Shown: piece by piece, positions 15,823 through 25,630 of the stretch
How the letters are laid out: each line of letters starts with the position of its first letter
Numbering within the stretch: position 1 is the stretch's first letter
Virus record (IMG/VR): IMGVR_UViG_3300047160_009070
Coordinates: 1-64,000 of that record
Direction: 5' to 3' (one strand)
Source: a virus
DNA length: 64,000 nt
Notes under the pieces: generated by a model
The model's input: the letters and a program-made list of their open reading frames with translations, nothing else
The model's database searches: none
Told to the model about the DNA's origin: nothing
Position numbers and translations under genes: made by a program

Positions 15823-16371
15823 ATGCAGATGCAAGTACCGAAGCTGACCGGCCCGATGGTGAAACTCGTCCGCACCGGCGAGGGGGTGCTGGTGTTCGGG
15901 GCGAACGCGGCGATCATCGTCGCGACCGCGATCACCCAGAACCTGTCGCCGGTGAACGGCGTGAAGTACGCCGTCATCCTGAACTCGGTGACGGTCATCT
16001 CACGCTCGATCTTGAAGGCTGTGAGCGCCACCCAAGGGTTGACGGGCGTCACGCCGGAGCAGTTCAACCCGCAGGCGCTCCCGGATCTGCAGACTCTGGT
16101 TGACGCTGTCTCCAAACAGGTGAGGGATGACCTGGCGGGCGCGAGCGCCGGGACGGTCGCCGGCCAGGCCGCCGAGGACATCCCGGATCTTGAGCAACTC
16201 GTCGCGGACGCCGAGCATTTTGACGAGGTGCCGCCCGCAACGCCGGAACCTCGGACGGAGGCGGAGGTCACACAGGCTCTCCAGGACGAGGCCCAGGTGG
16301 ATCTGACCGCCAAGCCCGAGTCGGCGGTCACACCCGACCCGCCGGCCGAGCCGACCCCCGCGGGCAGCTGA
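15823..16371 (+). CDS. Holin-like membrane protein with acidic tail
   Basis: SD AAGGAGG; two hydrophobic segments; directly upstream of lysozyme. Confidence 0.55.
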   Translation: MQMQVPKLTGPMVKLVRTGEGVLVFGANAAIIVATAITQNLSPVNGVKYAVILNSVTVISRSILKAVSATQGLTGVTPEQFNPQALPDLQTLVDAVSKQVRDDLAGASAGTVAGQAAEDIPDLEQLVADAEHFDEVPPATPEPRTEAEVTQALQDEAQVDLTAKPESAVTPDPPAEPTPAGS

Positions 16372-17117
16372 TGGACATCGACAGCGCCGGGCTTCATTTG
16401 ATCGAGGAGTTCGAGGGCTACTCCTACCACGCCTACTGGGATCCGTACGGTCGTGTGTGGACGGTCGGCTACGGCGAGACGAGCGGTGTCGGTCCCGGCA
16501 GCACCATGACGCGCGAGCAGGCGGAGGCCGATCTGAAGGGACGCGTCGTCCGCGAGTACGAGCCGGCGATCAAGGCGCTGGGTGTGCCGTTGAACCAGAA
16601 CCAGTTCAACGCGCTGTGCTCGTTCGTGTGGAACCTCGGCCCCGGGTCGATGCAATGGGACATCGGGCAGCTGCTGCGCCGCCGCGAGTATGGGGCGGCC
16701 GCCAACGCGATGCTCGAGTATTGCCGCGCCGGCGGTGTGGTGCTGCAGGGTTTGGTGAACCGCCGGATGGCTGAGCGCCGGCTGTTCCTCACCCCGGCAG
16801 GTCCGCCGCCTCCGCCCCCGGACCCGTACCGGGTTTATCCGCGTGGGCGCATTCCCGGTCTCGGGATCGACGAGCATGCGACGGTGGCGATGACCCACCG
16901 GCTGTTGAAGGAGCCGAGGCGCTACCGCCGGCTGTTGAAGGGGTTGATGTACATGCGGTTGCGCGAGCTCCGTGACCGGTGCTTCCGGCTGGCGAAGTAT
17001 CTGCCGCCGTCCTACCAGCAGCTGAGTCCGCATCCGGCGTGGACGGACGGACGTCATCTCGGGCGCCGCTGGCATGGTTTGAACGGGTTGATGAAGGAGA
17101 TCGAGAAGATCCGCTAG
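16371..17117 (+). CDS. Endolysin, GH24 (phage lysozyme)
   Basis: LIEEFEGYSYHAYWDPYGRVWTVGYGET, NQNQFNALCSFVWNLG, GLVNRRMAERRLF; Pro linker and basic C-domain. Confidence 0.92.
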   Translation: MDIDSAGLHLIEEFEGYSYHAYWDPYGRVWTVGYGETSGVGPGSTMTREQAEADLKGRVVREYEPAIKALGVPLNQNQFNALCSFVWNLGPGSMQWDIGQLLRRREYGAAANAMLEYCRAGGVVLQGLVNRRMAERRLFLTPAGPPPPPPDPYRVYPRGRIPGLGIDEHATVAMTHRLLKEPRRYRRLLKGLMYMRLRELRDRCFRLAKYLPPSYQQLSPHPAWTDGRHLGRRWHGLNGLMKEIEKIR

Positions 17118-17842
17118 TGCCGGGCGGTCAGCGTGCTGTCGGCTGGGGACGCGACCGTTCCCAGCACATCGGCTATCACCGCAAGTATCTGCTGCGCAAA
17201 CGGCTGCTGCGGTGGGCTTCGGACGGTGCCGCCTATGTGCCGTTCATCGGTGACGGCGACCTCGCAGCCGACCTGTACGACCAGCGTCTGATCCTGGGTG
17301 TCGACGAGGACCCGGAGCGTGTCGATGTCGCACAGCAGCGCCTGACCGGCGACATTCGTGTCGGTGACGCCGACGGCTGGCTGTTCACCGAGCACCGCAA
17401 GCCGCCGGTGGCGATCGCCGACTTCGACGCCTGGGCGAACCCTTACAGGTCGATGATCGCGTTTTGGGAGCACGCGCCGAAAGCCGACCGGCTGCTGCTG
17501 TTCTTCACCGACGGGATGAAGATCCCGTTGATGGCGGACGGCCTGTTCATACATCCGGACGGCACTAGGGAGAAGCTGCTGACGACCGTCGAGCGCCAGC
17601 GGGCGTTCTACTTCTATTTCAGCCGAACGGTGTGGCCGTGGTTCGAGGACACGATCCGGCCTTACACGGTGCTTGACAGGATTCGCTATCTGCAGGGCCA
17701 GCTGCTGTACTTCGGCGCAGCGATCGAGAGGAGCAGCGGTGGCCAGAGGAAAGCTCGCGAACTTCAAGGGCAAGCAGGCCGGCAAGTTCAAGAAGGGCGG
17801 CGGGCGCAAAAGAAAGCCGGCCGCGAAAGCCAAGCCGCGTAA
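17117..17842 (+). CDS. Hypothetical, methyltransferase-like Rossmann fold
   Basis: YVPFIGDG, ILGVDED, IADFDAWANPY, FFTDG. Confidence 0.5.
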   Translation: MPGGQRAVGWGRDRSQHIGYHRKYLLRKRLLRWASDGAAYVPFIGDGDLAADLYDQRLILGVDEDPERVDVAQQRLTGDIRVGDADGWLFTEHRKPPVAIADFDAWANPYRSMIAFWEHAPKADRLLLFFTDGMKIPLMADGLFIHPDGTREKLLTTVERQRAFYFYFSRTVWPWFEDTIRPYTVLDRIRYLQGQLLYFGAAIERSSGGQRKARELQGQAGRQVQEGRRAQKKAGRESQAA

Positions 17843-17912
17843 GCGCGCGAACGCCGCCCAGCTCAGGTTGCTGCGCAGGCACGCCAGATACCCGTTCGGC
17901 GGGGGACCGTAG
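17739..17912 (+). CDS. Small Lys/Arg-rich protein
   Basis: SD GAGGAG + GTG; ARGKLANFKGKQAGKFKKGGGRKRKPAAKAKPRKR. Confidence 0.55.
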   Translation: MARGKLANFKGKQAGKFKKGGGRKRKPAAKAKPRKRANAAQLRLLRRHARYPFGGGP

Positions 17913-17932
17913 GGCGAGTACTCTTCACGGCG

Positions 17933-18349
17933 ATGGCGCCACGCAAGAAGGCCCCGCCGGCGTTCCGTTTCCCGCCCGTCAAACAGGCCGAGTTCCTCGG
18001 GCATCTCCGCGCCGGGATGCGCCGCGGCGCTGCGGCGGACACGTTGAAGCTCGAGCGTTTGAAGGTCCGCGAGTTCATCGCGGCGCACCCCGAGTTTCTT
18101 GTGCTGGTCGAGGACGCAGAGCTTGACGCGAACGAGCATGTGGAGGAGGCGCTGTACCAGGCGGCGATCTCCGGATCGGTGCCGGCCGCCAAGACGTGGC
18201 TGGAGTTGAAGGGCGTCCAGTTCCCGGAGCATCGCGGCCGTCCCGCGAACCCGTTGCCGGAGATCCCGCCGGACCCGTTCGCCGATCTCGGGAACGTGGA
18301 AGCGCTCGACCCGCGTAGGCGCCGCAAGCAGATGGAGGACCAGCAGTGA
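17933..18349 (+). CDS. terS: Terminase small subunit
   Basis: KQAEFLGHLRAG HTH-like, VEEALYQAAISGSVPAAKTWL; upstream of TerL. Confidence 0.75.
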   Translation: MAPRKKAPPAFRFPPVKQAEFLGHLRAGMRRGAAADTLKLERLKVREFIAAHPEFLVLVEDAELDANEHVEEALYQAAISGSVPAAKTWLELKGVQFPEHRGRPANPLPEIPPDPFADLGNVEALDPRRRRKQMEDQQ

Positions 18350-18351
18350 CT

Positions 18352-18369
18352 GGTCTCAGCGCTGAGACC
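18352..18369. repeat. 18-bp palindrome GGTCTCAGCGCTGAGACC (copy 1)
   Basis: Perfect palindrome; further copies at 32326 and 62050. Confidence 0.8.
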
Positions 18370-18374
18370 GGCTG

Positions 18375-19913
18375 ATGGCCGAGCTTGAGCCGTTCTCCGT
18401 CCCGCACTTTCTGGCGTTCGCGCAGCGGCTGGTGCTGGACACGTTCGAGACGTGGGATGTCGAGGATTTCCAGGTCGACATGTTCGAGCCGATCCTGCGC
18501 GGCATCCGCGAAACATGGAACGTGATCCCGGAGGGGAACACCAAGACGACGTCGTCGGCCGGCTTCGGCCTGTATCACTGCCAGTACACGAAGGCGCCGT
18601 GGGTGCCGATCGTCGCCAGCTCGCGCGACCAGGCGGAGATCCTCGCCCAGCAGGCGTACGGGATCATTCGCATGACCCCCGGGCTCGAGTACAACCAGCG
18701 CACCCACACCGGCTACTTCCGGATCTACGAGGGGTACAGGCAGATCAAGAACATGCGCACCGGCGGACGCGGGATCAAGGTGTACGCCGCCGATGTCGGC
18801 ACGTCCGACGGCGGCATCCCGACGCTGGTGCTGTGCGACGAGGGGCACCGCTGGCCGGACCTCAGCCCGTACCGGTTGTGGAAGGGGAAGCTCGGCAAAC
18901 GCCAGGGACAGATCGCGATGACGTCAACCGCCGGCGAGCCGGGCGGGGATTTCGAGGAGCAGCGCGACAAGATCCGAGAGGCCGCCACGTCACGCGCGCT
19001 GAACGGCTGCCACGGCTTTTACGAGGGCCCGAACATCGTGATGAACGAGTGGATGGTGCAGAAGGCCGAGCATGTGACCGACATGGTGAGGGTGAAGGAG
19101 GCCAACCCTTTTTCCGGGATCTCGGTCGCGTCGCTGACTGAGGAGTACAACTCGCCGACGACCGACCTCGGCGACTTCACGCGCCTGAAGTGCAACCGGC
19201 CGGCGCGCAGCATCTCGTCCGCTATCACCGAGGGCGACTGGTCGAAGGCGCTTCACCCGAATCTGCGGGAGATCCCGGACGGCGAGCATGTGAGCGTCGG
19301 GATGGACGTGGCGTGGAAGAAGGACACGTTCGCGATCGTGCCGTGCTGGCAGTTCCTCCCGGTCGAGTTCGAGCGCCTGTCCGACGAGGTGCGGGCGATG
19401 CTGGAGGAGGTGGAGATGCACACCAGGGCGTGGCGTCTTCTCGGCACCCCGCGCATCCTGACGCCCCCGAGGGACGGCTCGACGATGCATCCGGACAAGG
19501 TGAAGATCGCGTTCGAGGAGTTGCATGCCCGCAACCCGGTGGATGTGGTGGTGATCGACATGCAGCGGGCTGAGGACATCGCGGCGTGGATCGAGGACGA
19601 GTTCGACATCGGGGTGCTGGACCGCACCCAGAGCAACGCCCTGGCGGTCGAGGACTTCGACGCGTTCATGAAGGGCCTGCGGTCCAACACGCTGTGGCAT
19701 ACAGGCGACCGGGGGTTGCGTAAGCATGTGATGAATGCGATCTCGAGACGGCTGCCGTCCGACAAGTACCGGTTCGACCGTCCGTCGCAGTCGCGAGCTC
19801 GCCGCAAACAGGAGGTTCGTGTGATCGACGCGCTGACAGCAGCGGCGATGGTCAACCAATACTTTGACGGCCTTGAGCCGGAGAACGCCGAACCCTTGGT
19901 GTCATGGCGGTAG
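18375..19913 (+). CDS. terL: Terminase large subunit
   Basis: Walker A-like IPEGNTKTT, ASSRDQA, Walker B LVLCDEGH, TSTAG, ANP, nuclease VGMDVAWKKD and IDALTAAAM. Confidence 0.93.
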   Translation: MAELEPFSVPHFLAFAQRLVLDTFETWDVEDFQVDMFEPILRGIRETWNVIPEGNTKTTSSAGFGLYHCQYTKAPWVPIVASSRDQAEILAQQAYGIIRMTPGLEYNQRTHTGYFRIYEGYRQIKNMRTGGRGIKVYAADVGTSDGGIPTLVLCDEGHRWPDLSPYRLWKGKLGKRQGQIAMTSTAGEPGGDFEEQRDKIREAATSRALNGCHGFYEGPNIVMNEWMVQKAEHVTDMVRVKEANPFSGISVASLTEEYNSPTTDLGDFTRLKCNRPARSISSAITEGDWSKALHPNLREIPDGEHVSVGMDVAWKKDTFAIVPCWQFLPVEFERLSDEVRAMLEEVEMHTRAWRLLGTPRILTPPRDGSTMHPDKVKIAFEELHARNPVDVVVIDMQRAEDIAAWIEDEFDIGVLDRTQSNALAVEDFDAFMKGLRSNTLWHTGDRGLRKHVMNAISRRLPSDKYRFDRPSQSRARRKQEVRVIDALTAAAMVNQYFDGLEPENAEPLVSWR

Positions 19914-20110
19914 TCGAACAGGAGCGCCAGGCGCCGCGCCTGCCGCTCGGCCGGCTGGTGCTGTCCGCGACGCTGGTGCTGATCGGCGCGCTGATGATTC
20001 TTGTCACGGTCGGGTTTCTGTTCTGGCCGGCGGACATCATCATCGTCGGTGCTGTGCTGGTGTTGATCGGCGCGTTCTTCGTGCAGCTCGCGGAACCTCC
20101 GAGGCAGTGA
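19904..20110 (+). CDS. Small two-TM membrane protein
   Basis: Hydrophobic 68-aa ORF between terL and portal. Confidence 0.65.
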   Translation: MAVVEQERQAPRLPLGRLVLSATLVLIGALMILVTVGFLFWPADIIIVGAVLVLIGAFFVQLAEPPRQ

Positions 20111-20115
20111 GCTAA

Positions 20116-21690
20116 GTGGCAAATCTCGTCACCTGGGCAAGGAGGGGCGGCCGCCAGGCGGAGCGTGCGGGACCGAACCCGTGGCCGTCGATAACTCTTG
20201 ACCAGCTGCCCTATTGGTTTGGGCAGTTCGGCTACCAAGGGCTCGGTTACGGGCCCACGATGATCCAGACGATCCAGCAGAACCGCGAGTACATCGCGGC
20301 GGATTTCATGGGGTTCATCAACGGGGCGTTCAAGACGAACGGAGCCATCTTCGCGTGCATGCTGTGCCGAGCTCTGCTGTTCTCGGAGGCCCGGTTCATT
20401 TTTCAGCGGATGAACAACGGGCGCCCCGGGCTGCTGTTCGGGACACGCGACCTCGAGTTGCTGGAGAACCCGTGGCCGAACGCCACCACCGGCGACCTGT
20501 TGACGAAGGCGATCATCGACGTCGACCTGTCCGGCAACTACTACGCCGCGAAGGTCGCCCGCCTCGACCGCAAGGGCATGAAGATCGCCCGTCTGCGCCC
20601 GGACTGGGTGACGATCATCAAGGGCACCACCGAGGACTCCGATCTCTCCCAGACATGGGATCCGTCGGCCGAGCTCCTCGGCTACATCTACACGCCGGGT
20701 GGTCCCGGCTCGCCGATCCCGCCGAAGATCTTCCTGCCGGACGAAATTTGCCATGTCGCGCCGATCCCCGACCCGATCGCCACCTACCGCGGCATGAGTT
20801 GGGTGCAGCCGATCCTGATCGAGGTGCTCGGGGACAGGGCGATGGCGACCCACAAAGTTATGTACTTTGAAAACGGCGCAACTCCGAACATGGTGGTGTC
20901 GATGGACACCGGCAAGATGGACCGCAAGACGTTCCAGGAGTGGGTGGACGCGTTCGAGGCGGAGCACGCCGGGTCTTTGAACGCCTATAAAACACTCTAC
21001 TTGGGGCAAGGGGCGACCGCTACGGTCGTCGGCACCAACCTCCGCGATCTGGACTATTCGATGGTGGTCGGCCAGACCGAGCTCAGGATCGCGGCTGCCG
21101 CCGGCATACCGCCGATGCTGCTCGGGTTCGACAAGGGTTTGCAGGCGTCGACGCTCGCGAACTATTCCCAGGCTCGCCGTTGGTGCGCGGACCGGACGAT
21201 GCGTCCGCTGTGGCGCAACTTCGTCGGGTCGATGGCTACCCTGGTGCCGCCGCCGCCGGGTGCGCGGCTGTGGTACGACGACCGTGACATCCCGTTCCTG
21301 AAGGACGACGAGTCCGACATGGCGAACGTGATGCTCACCAAAGCCACCGCGATGCGTCTGTTGACGGACGCCGGCTTCGACCCGGATTCGATCGTGGCGG
21401 CGATCGAGAACAACGACTTCACGAAGCTCACCCACTCCGGCCTGTACTCGGTGCAGCTGCGCCCACCCGGCTCGGAGCAGCAGATGCCCGCGAACGCAGC
21501 AGGCATAGGGAATGGCAACGGGAATGGCAACGGTGCCGCACCTCCGCCGGCGATCGGTGGACCGGAGGGTGTGGTCGCCTCATCGACGATCACTGACAGT
21601 TCCGTTGCGGCGCGGCGTACAATGCTCGCCAACGTCCACAACGTGGAACAACTCGCGAAAGCGCTCATAGCGGCTAGGGCGGGCGACTGA
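20116..21690 (+). CDS. Portal protein (HK97 family)
   Basis: LLENPWPN, LSGNYY, RLRPDWV, YRGMSW, YFENGATP, IAAAAGIPP. Confidence 0.93.
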   Translation: MANLVTWARRGGRQAERAGPNPWPSITLDQLPYWFGQFGYQGLGYGPTMIQTIQQNREYIAADFMGFINGAFKTNGAIFACMLCRALLFSEARFIFQRMNNGRPGLLFGTRDLELLENPWPNATTGDLLTKAIIDVDLSGNYYAAKVARLDRKGMKIARLRPDWVTIIKGTTEDSDLSQTWDPSAELLGYIYTPGGPGSPIPPKIFLPDEICHVAPIPDPIATYRGMSWVQPILIEVLGDRAMATHKVMYFENGATPNMVVSMDTGKMDRKTFQEWVDAFEAEHAGSLNAYKTLYLGQGATATVVGTNLRDLDYSMVVGQTELRIAAAAGIPPMLLGFDKGLQASTLANYSQARRWCADRTMRPLWRNFVGSMATLVPPPPGARLWYDDRDIPFLKDDESDMANVMLTKATAMRLLTDAGFDPDSIVAAIENNDFTKLTHSGLYSVQLRPPGSEQQMPANAAGIGNGNGNGNGAAPPPAIGGPEGVVASSTITDSSVAARRTMLANVHNVEQLAKALIAARAGD

Positions 21691-21711
21691 TGAACAACGC
21701 GAGGAGTTTTC

Positions 21712-22659
21712 ATGGCTGTCGCCGACGAGGCTCGCACCGATACGCCGCCCGAACTCGAAGAGCTGGCCCGTGAATTCGGCGTAGTCCCCGGTGTTCCCCG
21801 CCATGGGGAGACCGCGATGCGCTGGGACGCCGGCGCAAGCCTGGGGGTGCGCGAGAAGGACGAGCGTCTCGGTCCGGGCTATCTGGGTGTCCTGAACGGG
21901 CATTTCTGTGTGTTCAACCGCTGGACCGAGATCGACAGCTTCTTCGAGGGACGGTTCATGGAGCAGATCGCCCCGGGCGCGTGCAAGAAGACGTTCGAGG
22001 AGAACCGGCGCGGGATGCGCTGCATGCTGCAGCACGGCCGCGACCCGCAGTTCGGGATGAAGCCGCTCGGCCCGATCCGCGAGCTTGAGGAGGACGACAT
22101 CGGCGGTCGCTACGAGGTGGGTTTGCTGGATACCGCCCTGAACCGCGACCTGCTGCCGGCGTTGAAGGAGGAGTTGTACGGCGCCTCGTTCCGCTTCCAG
22201 GTCCTTCGCGAGGAGGTGGTGAACGAGCCACCCCGGTCCGAGCACAACCCGGAGGGGATCGAGGAGCGCACGATCACAGAGATGCGTGTCCGCGAGTTCG
22301 GCCCGGTGACGTTCCCCGCCTACGAGGACGCCACAGCCGGCGTACGGTCGATCAACGACTGGTGGCTGGATCTCGACCTCGAGATTTTCTCTCGCGGGCA
22401 TCCGGATGCTTTTCCGGAGCGCCTCGCCGAGTTGCTGGCAAGTCTTCGCTCACAGGGCCGCCCGTCGCTGGCGGCTGCTGCCGAGCTTAGGGAGGATGGG
22501 AAGGAGAAGGAGGCGTCCGCTGAGGCGCCAACCCAGGACGCACCCTCGCCAAGGGCGCCGGACGCAGGCCGCAGAAGCCTGCGCACCACCCACTTGTCGG
22601 GCGCCGCGCACAACACACTACGTACGACACAGGAGGATCCGCCTTGGAAACTCAGCTGA
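21712..22659 (+). CDS. HK97-family prohead protease
   Basis: FMEQIAPGACKKT, MLQHG, GASFRF, EFGPVTFPAYEDAT. Confidence 0.92.
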   Translation: MAVADEARTDTPPELEELAREFGVVPGVPRHGETAMRWDAGASLGVREKDERLGPGYLGVLNGHFCVFNRWTEIDSFFEGRFMEQIAPGACKKTFEENRRGMRCMLQHGRDPQFGMKPLGPIRELEEDDIGGRYEVGLLDTALNRDLLPALKEELYGASFRFQVLREEVVNEPPRSEHNPEGIEERTITEMRVREFGPVTFPAYEDATAGVRSINDWWLDLDLEIFSRGHPDAFPERLAELLASLRSQGRPSLAAAAELREDGKEKEASAEAPTQDAPSPRAPDAGRRSLRTTHLSGAAHNTLRTTQEDPPWKLS

Positions 22660-24221
22660 TAGCTGTCACCAAAGACGGCGTCCAACTCTCGGACGGTCGT
22701 GTGCTGCCCCGGATCGCTGGGGGGGCGCCGATGACCATCGAGGAGTTGGATGTCCGCAACGACGAGATCCGCACCCGCCTACGGCAGATCGATGAGGACG
22801 GCAAGGGCCGTGTCCTGATCGAGGACGAGCTTGCCGAGTGGAACCGGATCTCCGACGAACTCGAAACGAACGAGCGCGCGATCAAGCAGATGCAGCAGCG
22901 CAAGGACTGGCTGTCGACGATCGACGACGAGAAGGACCGCCGGGAGCAGGGCGTGCATTTCGGCGTTCCGCCCGCAAGCTCGCAGACCGCCCGCGAGGAC
23001 ATCTGGGATCTCACCACGATCCGGTCGAACTTCGGTGATCCGAACGACATGATCCATGAGGCGAAGGATCGTGCCGCCCGGGCGATCGACACGTTCGTGT
23101 TCCCGCACCCCGAGATCCAGCGCGGCAAGATGATCTCCCAAGAGGACGTCAAGCAGCATCTGGTTCGCTTGATGGAGACGGTGCAGGAGGAGCAGCCCGG
23201 CGACTTCGCCCGGTACATCCTCAAGTACGGCTCGCCGCTGTACAAGCGGGCGTTCGGCAAGTCGGTGATGGGCGCGACGCTCACCAGCGACGAAACCCGC
23301 GCGCTGGCTCTGTCACCAGGATCGGCCGGCGGGTTCGCGGTGCCGATCACGCTGGACCCGACACTGATCCCAACGTCGAACGGTGTGGTCAACCCGATGC
23401 GCAGGATCGCGCGTATCGAAACGATCATCGGCCTCGAGTACCGTGGCCTGACCGCCGGCGCCGTCGTCGCGTCGTACGCCCCGGAGGGAACCGAGGCGTC
23501 TGACAACACGCCGGTTCTCGCCCAGCCCGACCTGTATGTGGAGAGGGCGCAAGCCTTCGTCCCGTACTCGATCGAAATCGGGATGGACTGGAACGGGCTG
23601 CAGGCCGGGATGGCGAAGCTCATCCAGGACGCCAAGGACGTGCTGGAGGGCCTCAAGTTCACGCTCGGTTCAGGCCACGGCTCCAACGAGCCGCAGGGCT
23701 TGATCACCGGCGCGACGTCGACTGTCGCGACCGGTACGTCGAGCGCGTTCGCGATCGCCGACCTGTACGCACTCGAGCAGGCGCTGCCTCCGCGTTTCCG
23801 CCCGCTCGGCCAGTGGTTCGCGAACCGCGCGATCTACAACCAGGTCCGCCAGTTCACGACCCAGGCGACACCGCTTGCCGCTCTGTGGCAGACGGTCGTG
23901 AACCCGAACGTCGGTCCGCTGGGTATCGGGCTGGACAACATGCCGTTCGAGGAGGGCGGCAACATCGGCCAGAAGCTGCTGGGCTACGGTGCGAACGAGG
24001 TGTCCGACATGGTGTCGGTCCTCACGCACGGCTCAAGCATCTTGGCGATCGGGGATCCGAACTACTACATCATCATCGACCGTATCGGCATGACGATCGA
24101 GTTGATTCCCCACCTGTTCGGGTCCAACCGGCGTCCGACCGGCCAGCGCGGCCTGTACGCCTACTGGCGCAACACAGGCGCTGTCGTGGATCCGAACGCT
24201 TGGAGGATCTTGGTCACCTGA
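22644..24221 (+). CDS. Major capsid protein (HK97 fold, with delta domain)
   Basis: SD AGGAGG + TTG; coiled-coil N-domain; GGFAVP, GSGHGSNEPQGLIT, GDPNYYIIIDRIGM, PTGQRGLYAYWR. Confidence 0.93.
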   Translation: METQLIAVTKDGVQLSDGRVLPRIAGGAPMTIEELDVRNDEIRTRLRQIDEDGKGRVLIEDELAEWNRISDELETNERAIKQMQQRKDWLSTIDDEKDRREQGVHFGVPPASSQTAREDIWDLTTIRSNFGDPNDMIHEAKDRAARAIDTFVFPHPEIQRGKMISQEDVKQHLVRLMETVQEEQPGDFARYILKYGSPLYKRAFGKSVMGATLTSDETRALALSPGSAGGFAVPITLDPTLIPTSNGVVNPMRRIARIETIIGLEYRGLTAGAVVASYAPEGTEASDNTPVLAQPDLYVERAQAFVPYSIEIGMDWNGLQAGMAKLIQDAKDVLEGLKFTLGSGHGSNEPQGLITGATSTVATGTSSAFAIADLYALEQALPPRFRPLGQWFANRAIYNQVRQFTTQATPLAALWQTVVNPNVGPLGIGLDNMPFEEGGNIGQKLLGYGANEVSDMVSVLTHGSSILAIGDPNYYIIIDRIGMTIELIPHLFGSNRRPTGQRGLYAYWRNTGAVVDPNAWRILVT

Positions 24222-24229
24222 GTACGGTT

Positions 24230-24299
24230 GCACCTGCGGCTCATGGGAGCCGGGCCGGGTTCGCACCGGTCAGAGGCGGTTCGATTCCGCTCAGGTGCA
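24230..24299 (+). ncRNA. tRNA-like cloverleaf (nominal anticodon TCG) downstream of capsid gene
   Basis: GCACCTG/CAGGTGC acceptor + A; GCTC-ATGG-GAGC D arm; GCCGG-GTTCGCA-CCGGT anticodon arm; GGCGG-TTCGATT-CCGCT T arm. Confidence 0.7.
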
Positions 24300-24320
24300 T
24301 TTCAAACCAAGGAGGACGCA

Positions 24321-24590
24321 GTGTCAGGAGTTTTGGAGAGCCGCTACAACCCGAGCCAGATCCTGGAGGCGACGGAGAGCTTCGCGACCGACGATTTCGG
24401 CGAGCGGATCACGGTGCACCAGGGCATCACGCGGGTGACCGCCGACCACGAGTTGGCGAAGCGCTTCCCCCAGTATTTCCGCCCGGTGGAGGAGGGGTTG
24501 ACGTACCCGCCGGTCGAGGCGGCGACCGCCAACCCTGGTGAGATCCGGGCGAGGCCGTCACGGGCGTCGAAGGGCAAGGAGGAGGACTGA
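24321..24590 (+). CDS. Hypothetical head-region protein
   Basis: SD AAGGAGG + GTG; VEAATANPGE motif. Confidence 0.7.
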   Translation: MSGVLESRYNPSQILEATESFATDDFGERITVHQGITRVTADHELAKRFPQYFRPVEEGLTYPPVEAATANPGEIRARPSRASKGKEED

Positions 24591-24952
24591 TGGAAGCAAG
24601 CGAGCTGACCACCCCGGAGCCGCCGGCCCCTCCCGCCCGGGTAGGGCCTCCGGAGCCGGAGCCAACAGAACAGGAGACAGAGATGGCAGAGTCGACAGAG
24701 ACAGCCGGCGCGGTCGACGAGTGGGCGGCCGCCACAGCCGCCGAGGCCGCCCGGGTTGCTGCTGAGGAGGCAACGAACGATCACGTCAACGCGGTGCGCG
24801 CCGAGATGCGCGCGGCGTACAACGACTCGGATGCCGGTGTCGCCGCCGCACAGCACCGGGAGGCGGCAAGGATCATGTCGCTGCCGACCCCTCACGCGCT
24901 CGACGAGATCGGCTCTGTCGTCGGCGACCCGACGTTGGGTCCCGCGAGCTGA
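24590..24952 (+). CDS. Acidic Pro/Ala-rich hypothetical protein
   Basis: TGATG coupling; SD GGAGG. Confidence 0.6.
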   Translation: MEASELTTPEPPAPPARVGPPEPEPTEQETEMAESTETAGAVDEWAAATAAEAARVAAEEATNDHVNAVRAEMRAAYNDSDAGVAAAQHREAARIMSLPTPHALDEIGSVVGDPTLGPAS

Positions 24953-24966
24953 CGGAGCCTCTGGCC

Positions 24967-25629
24967 GTGACGAGCATCGACGAGACGACAGAACGGCTCC
25001 TGGAGCAGGGAGCCGTTCTTCTCGTTCCCGACGGACCCGCCAGGCTGTCGGAGTACGGGAAGCGCTGGATCGAGGAGACATGGACGGCGATCGACAGGTT
25101 CGCCGGGGTGCTCCGCGACGTGTTCCGCCTCGCCGAATATGAGCGGGGGTACTGGGACCGGATCGAGGATCTGCTGAGACGCGAGGGCGTGCCGGTGGCG
25201 ATCACGTCCGGCGTCAGCCAGTACGGGATGGCGAAGCTGATCGATCACATCGACGGCAAGACGTCATTCACGATGCCCTCAACGGTCGCGCTCGCGCTCG
25301 CCACGGCCGCTCCGTCGTCCACCACCACCGGGGCGACGTTGACGGAGGCTGCCTACACCGGCTACGGCCGGCAGACGATCGCGGGCGCCGGGTTCAACGC
25401 CGCGACCGCGGCGACACCGTCGGTGTCCACCAACAACGGCGCGATCACGTTCGGTAACTGCACGGCGGGGAGCTCGACGCTGCTGGGTTTCATGGTCGCC
25501 GACTCGGCGTCCACCGGCGCCGGCAACAGCCTGTGGTACGGCACGCTTACGTCAACCACCATCTCGACGACCCAGACACCGCCGACGGTCGCGAACGCGG
25601 CGATGTCGCTATCCATGACCGGGACATAG
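24967..25629 (+). CDS. Putative virion structural/fibre-associated protein
   Basis: C-half EAAYTGYGRQTI...STNNGAITF...ADSASTGAGNSLWYGTL typical of phage structural proteins. Confidence 0.65.
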   Translation: MTSIDETTERLLEQGAVLLVPDGPARLSEYGKRWIEETWTAIDRFAGVLRDVFRLAEYERGYWDRIEDLLRREGVPVAITSGVSQYGMAKLIDHIDGKTSFTMPSTVALALATAAPSSTTTGATLTEAAYTGYGRQTIAGAGFNAATAATPSVSTNNGAITFGNCTAGSSTLLGFMVADSASTGAGNSLWYGTLTSTTISTTQTPPTVANAAMSLSMTGT

Positions 25630-25630
25630 C

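Noticed and set aside
18525-18552. Inactive terminase because Walker A reads GNTKTT
   Set aside because: All other ATPase and nuclease motifs are intact; a single substitution is not enough evidence
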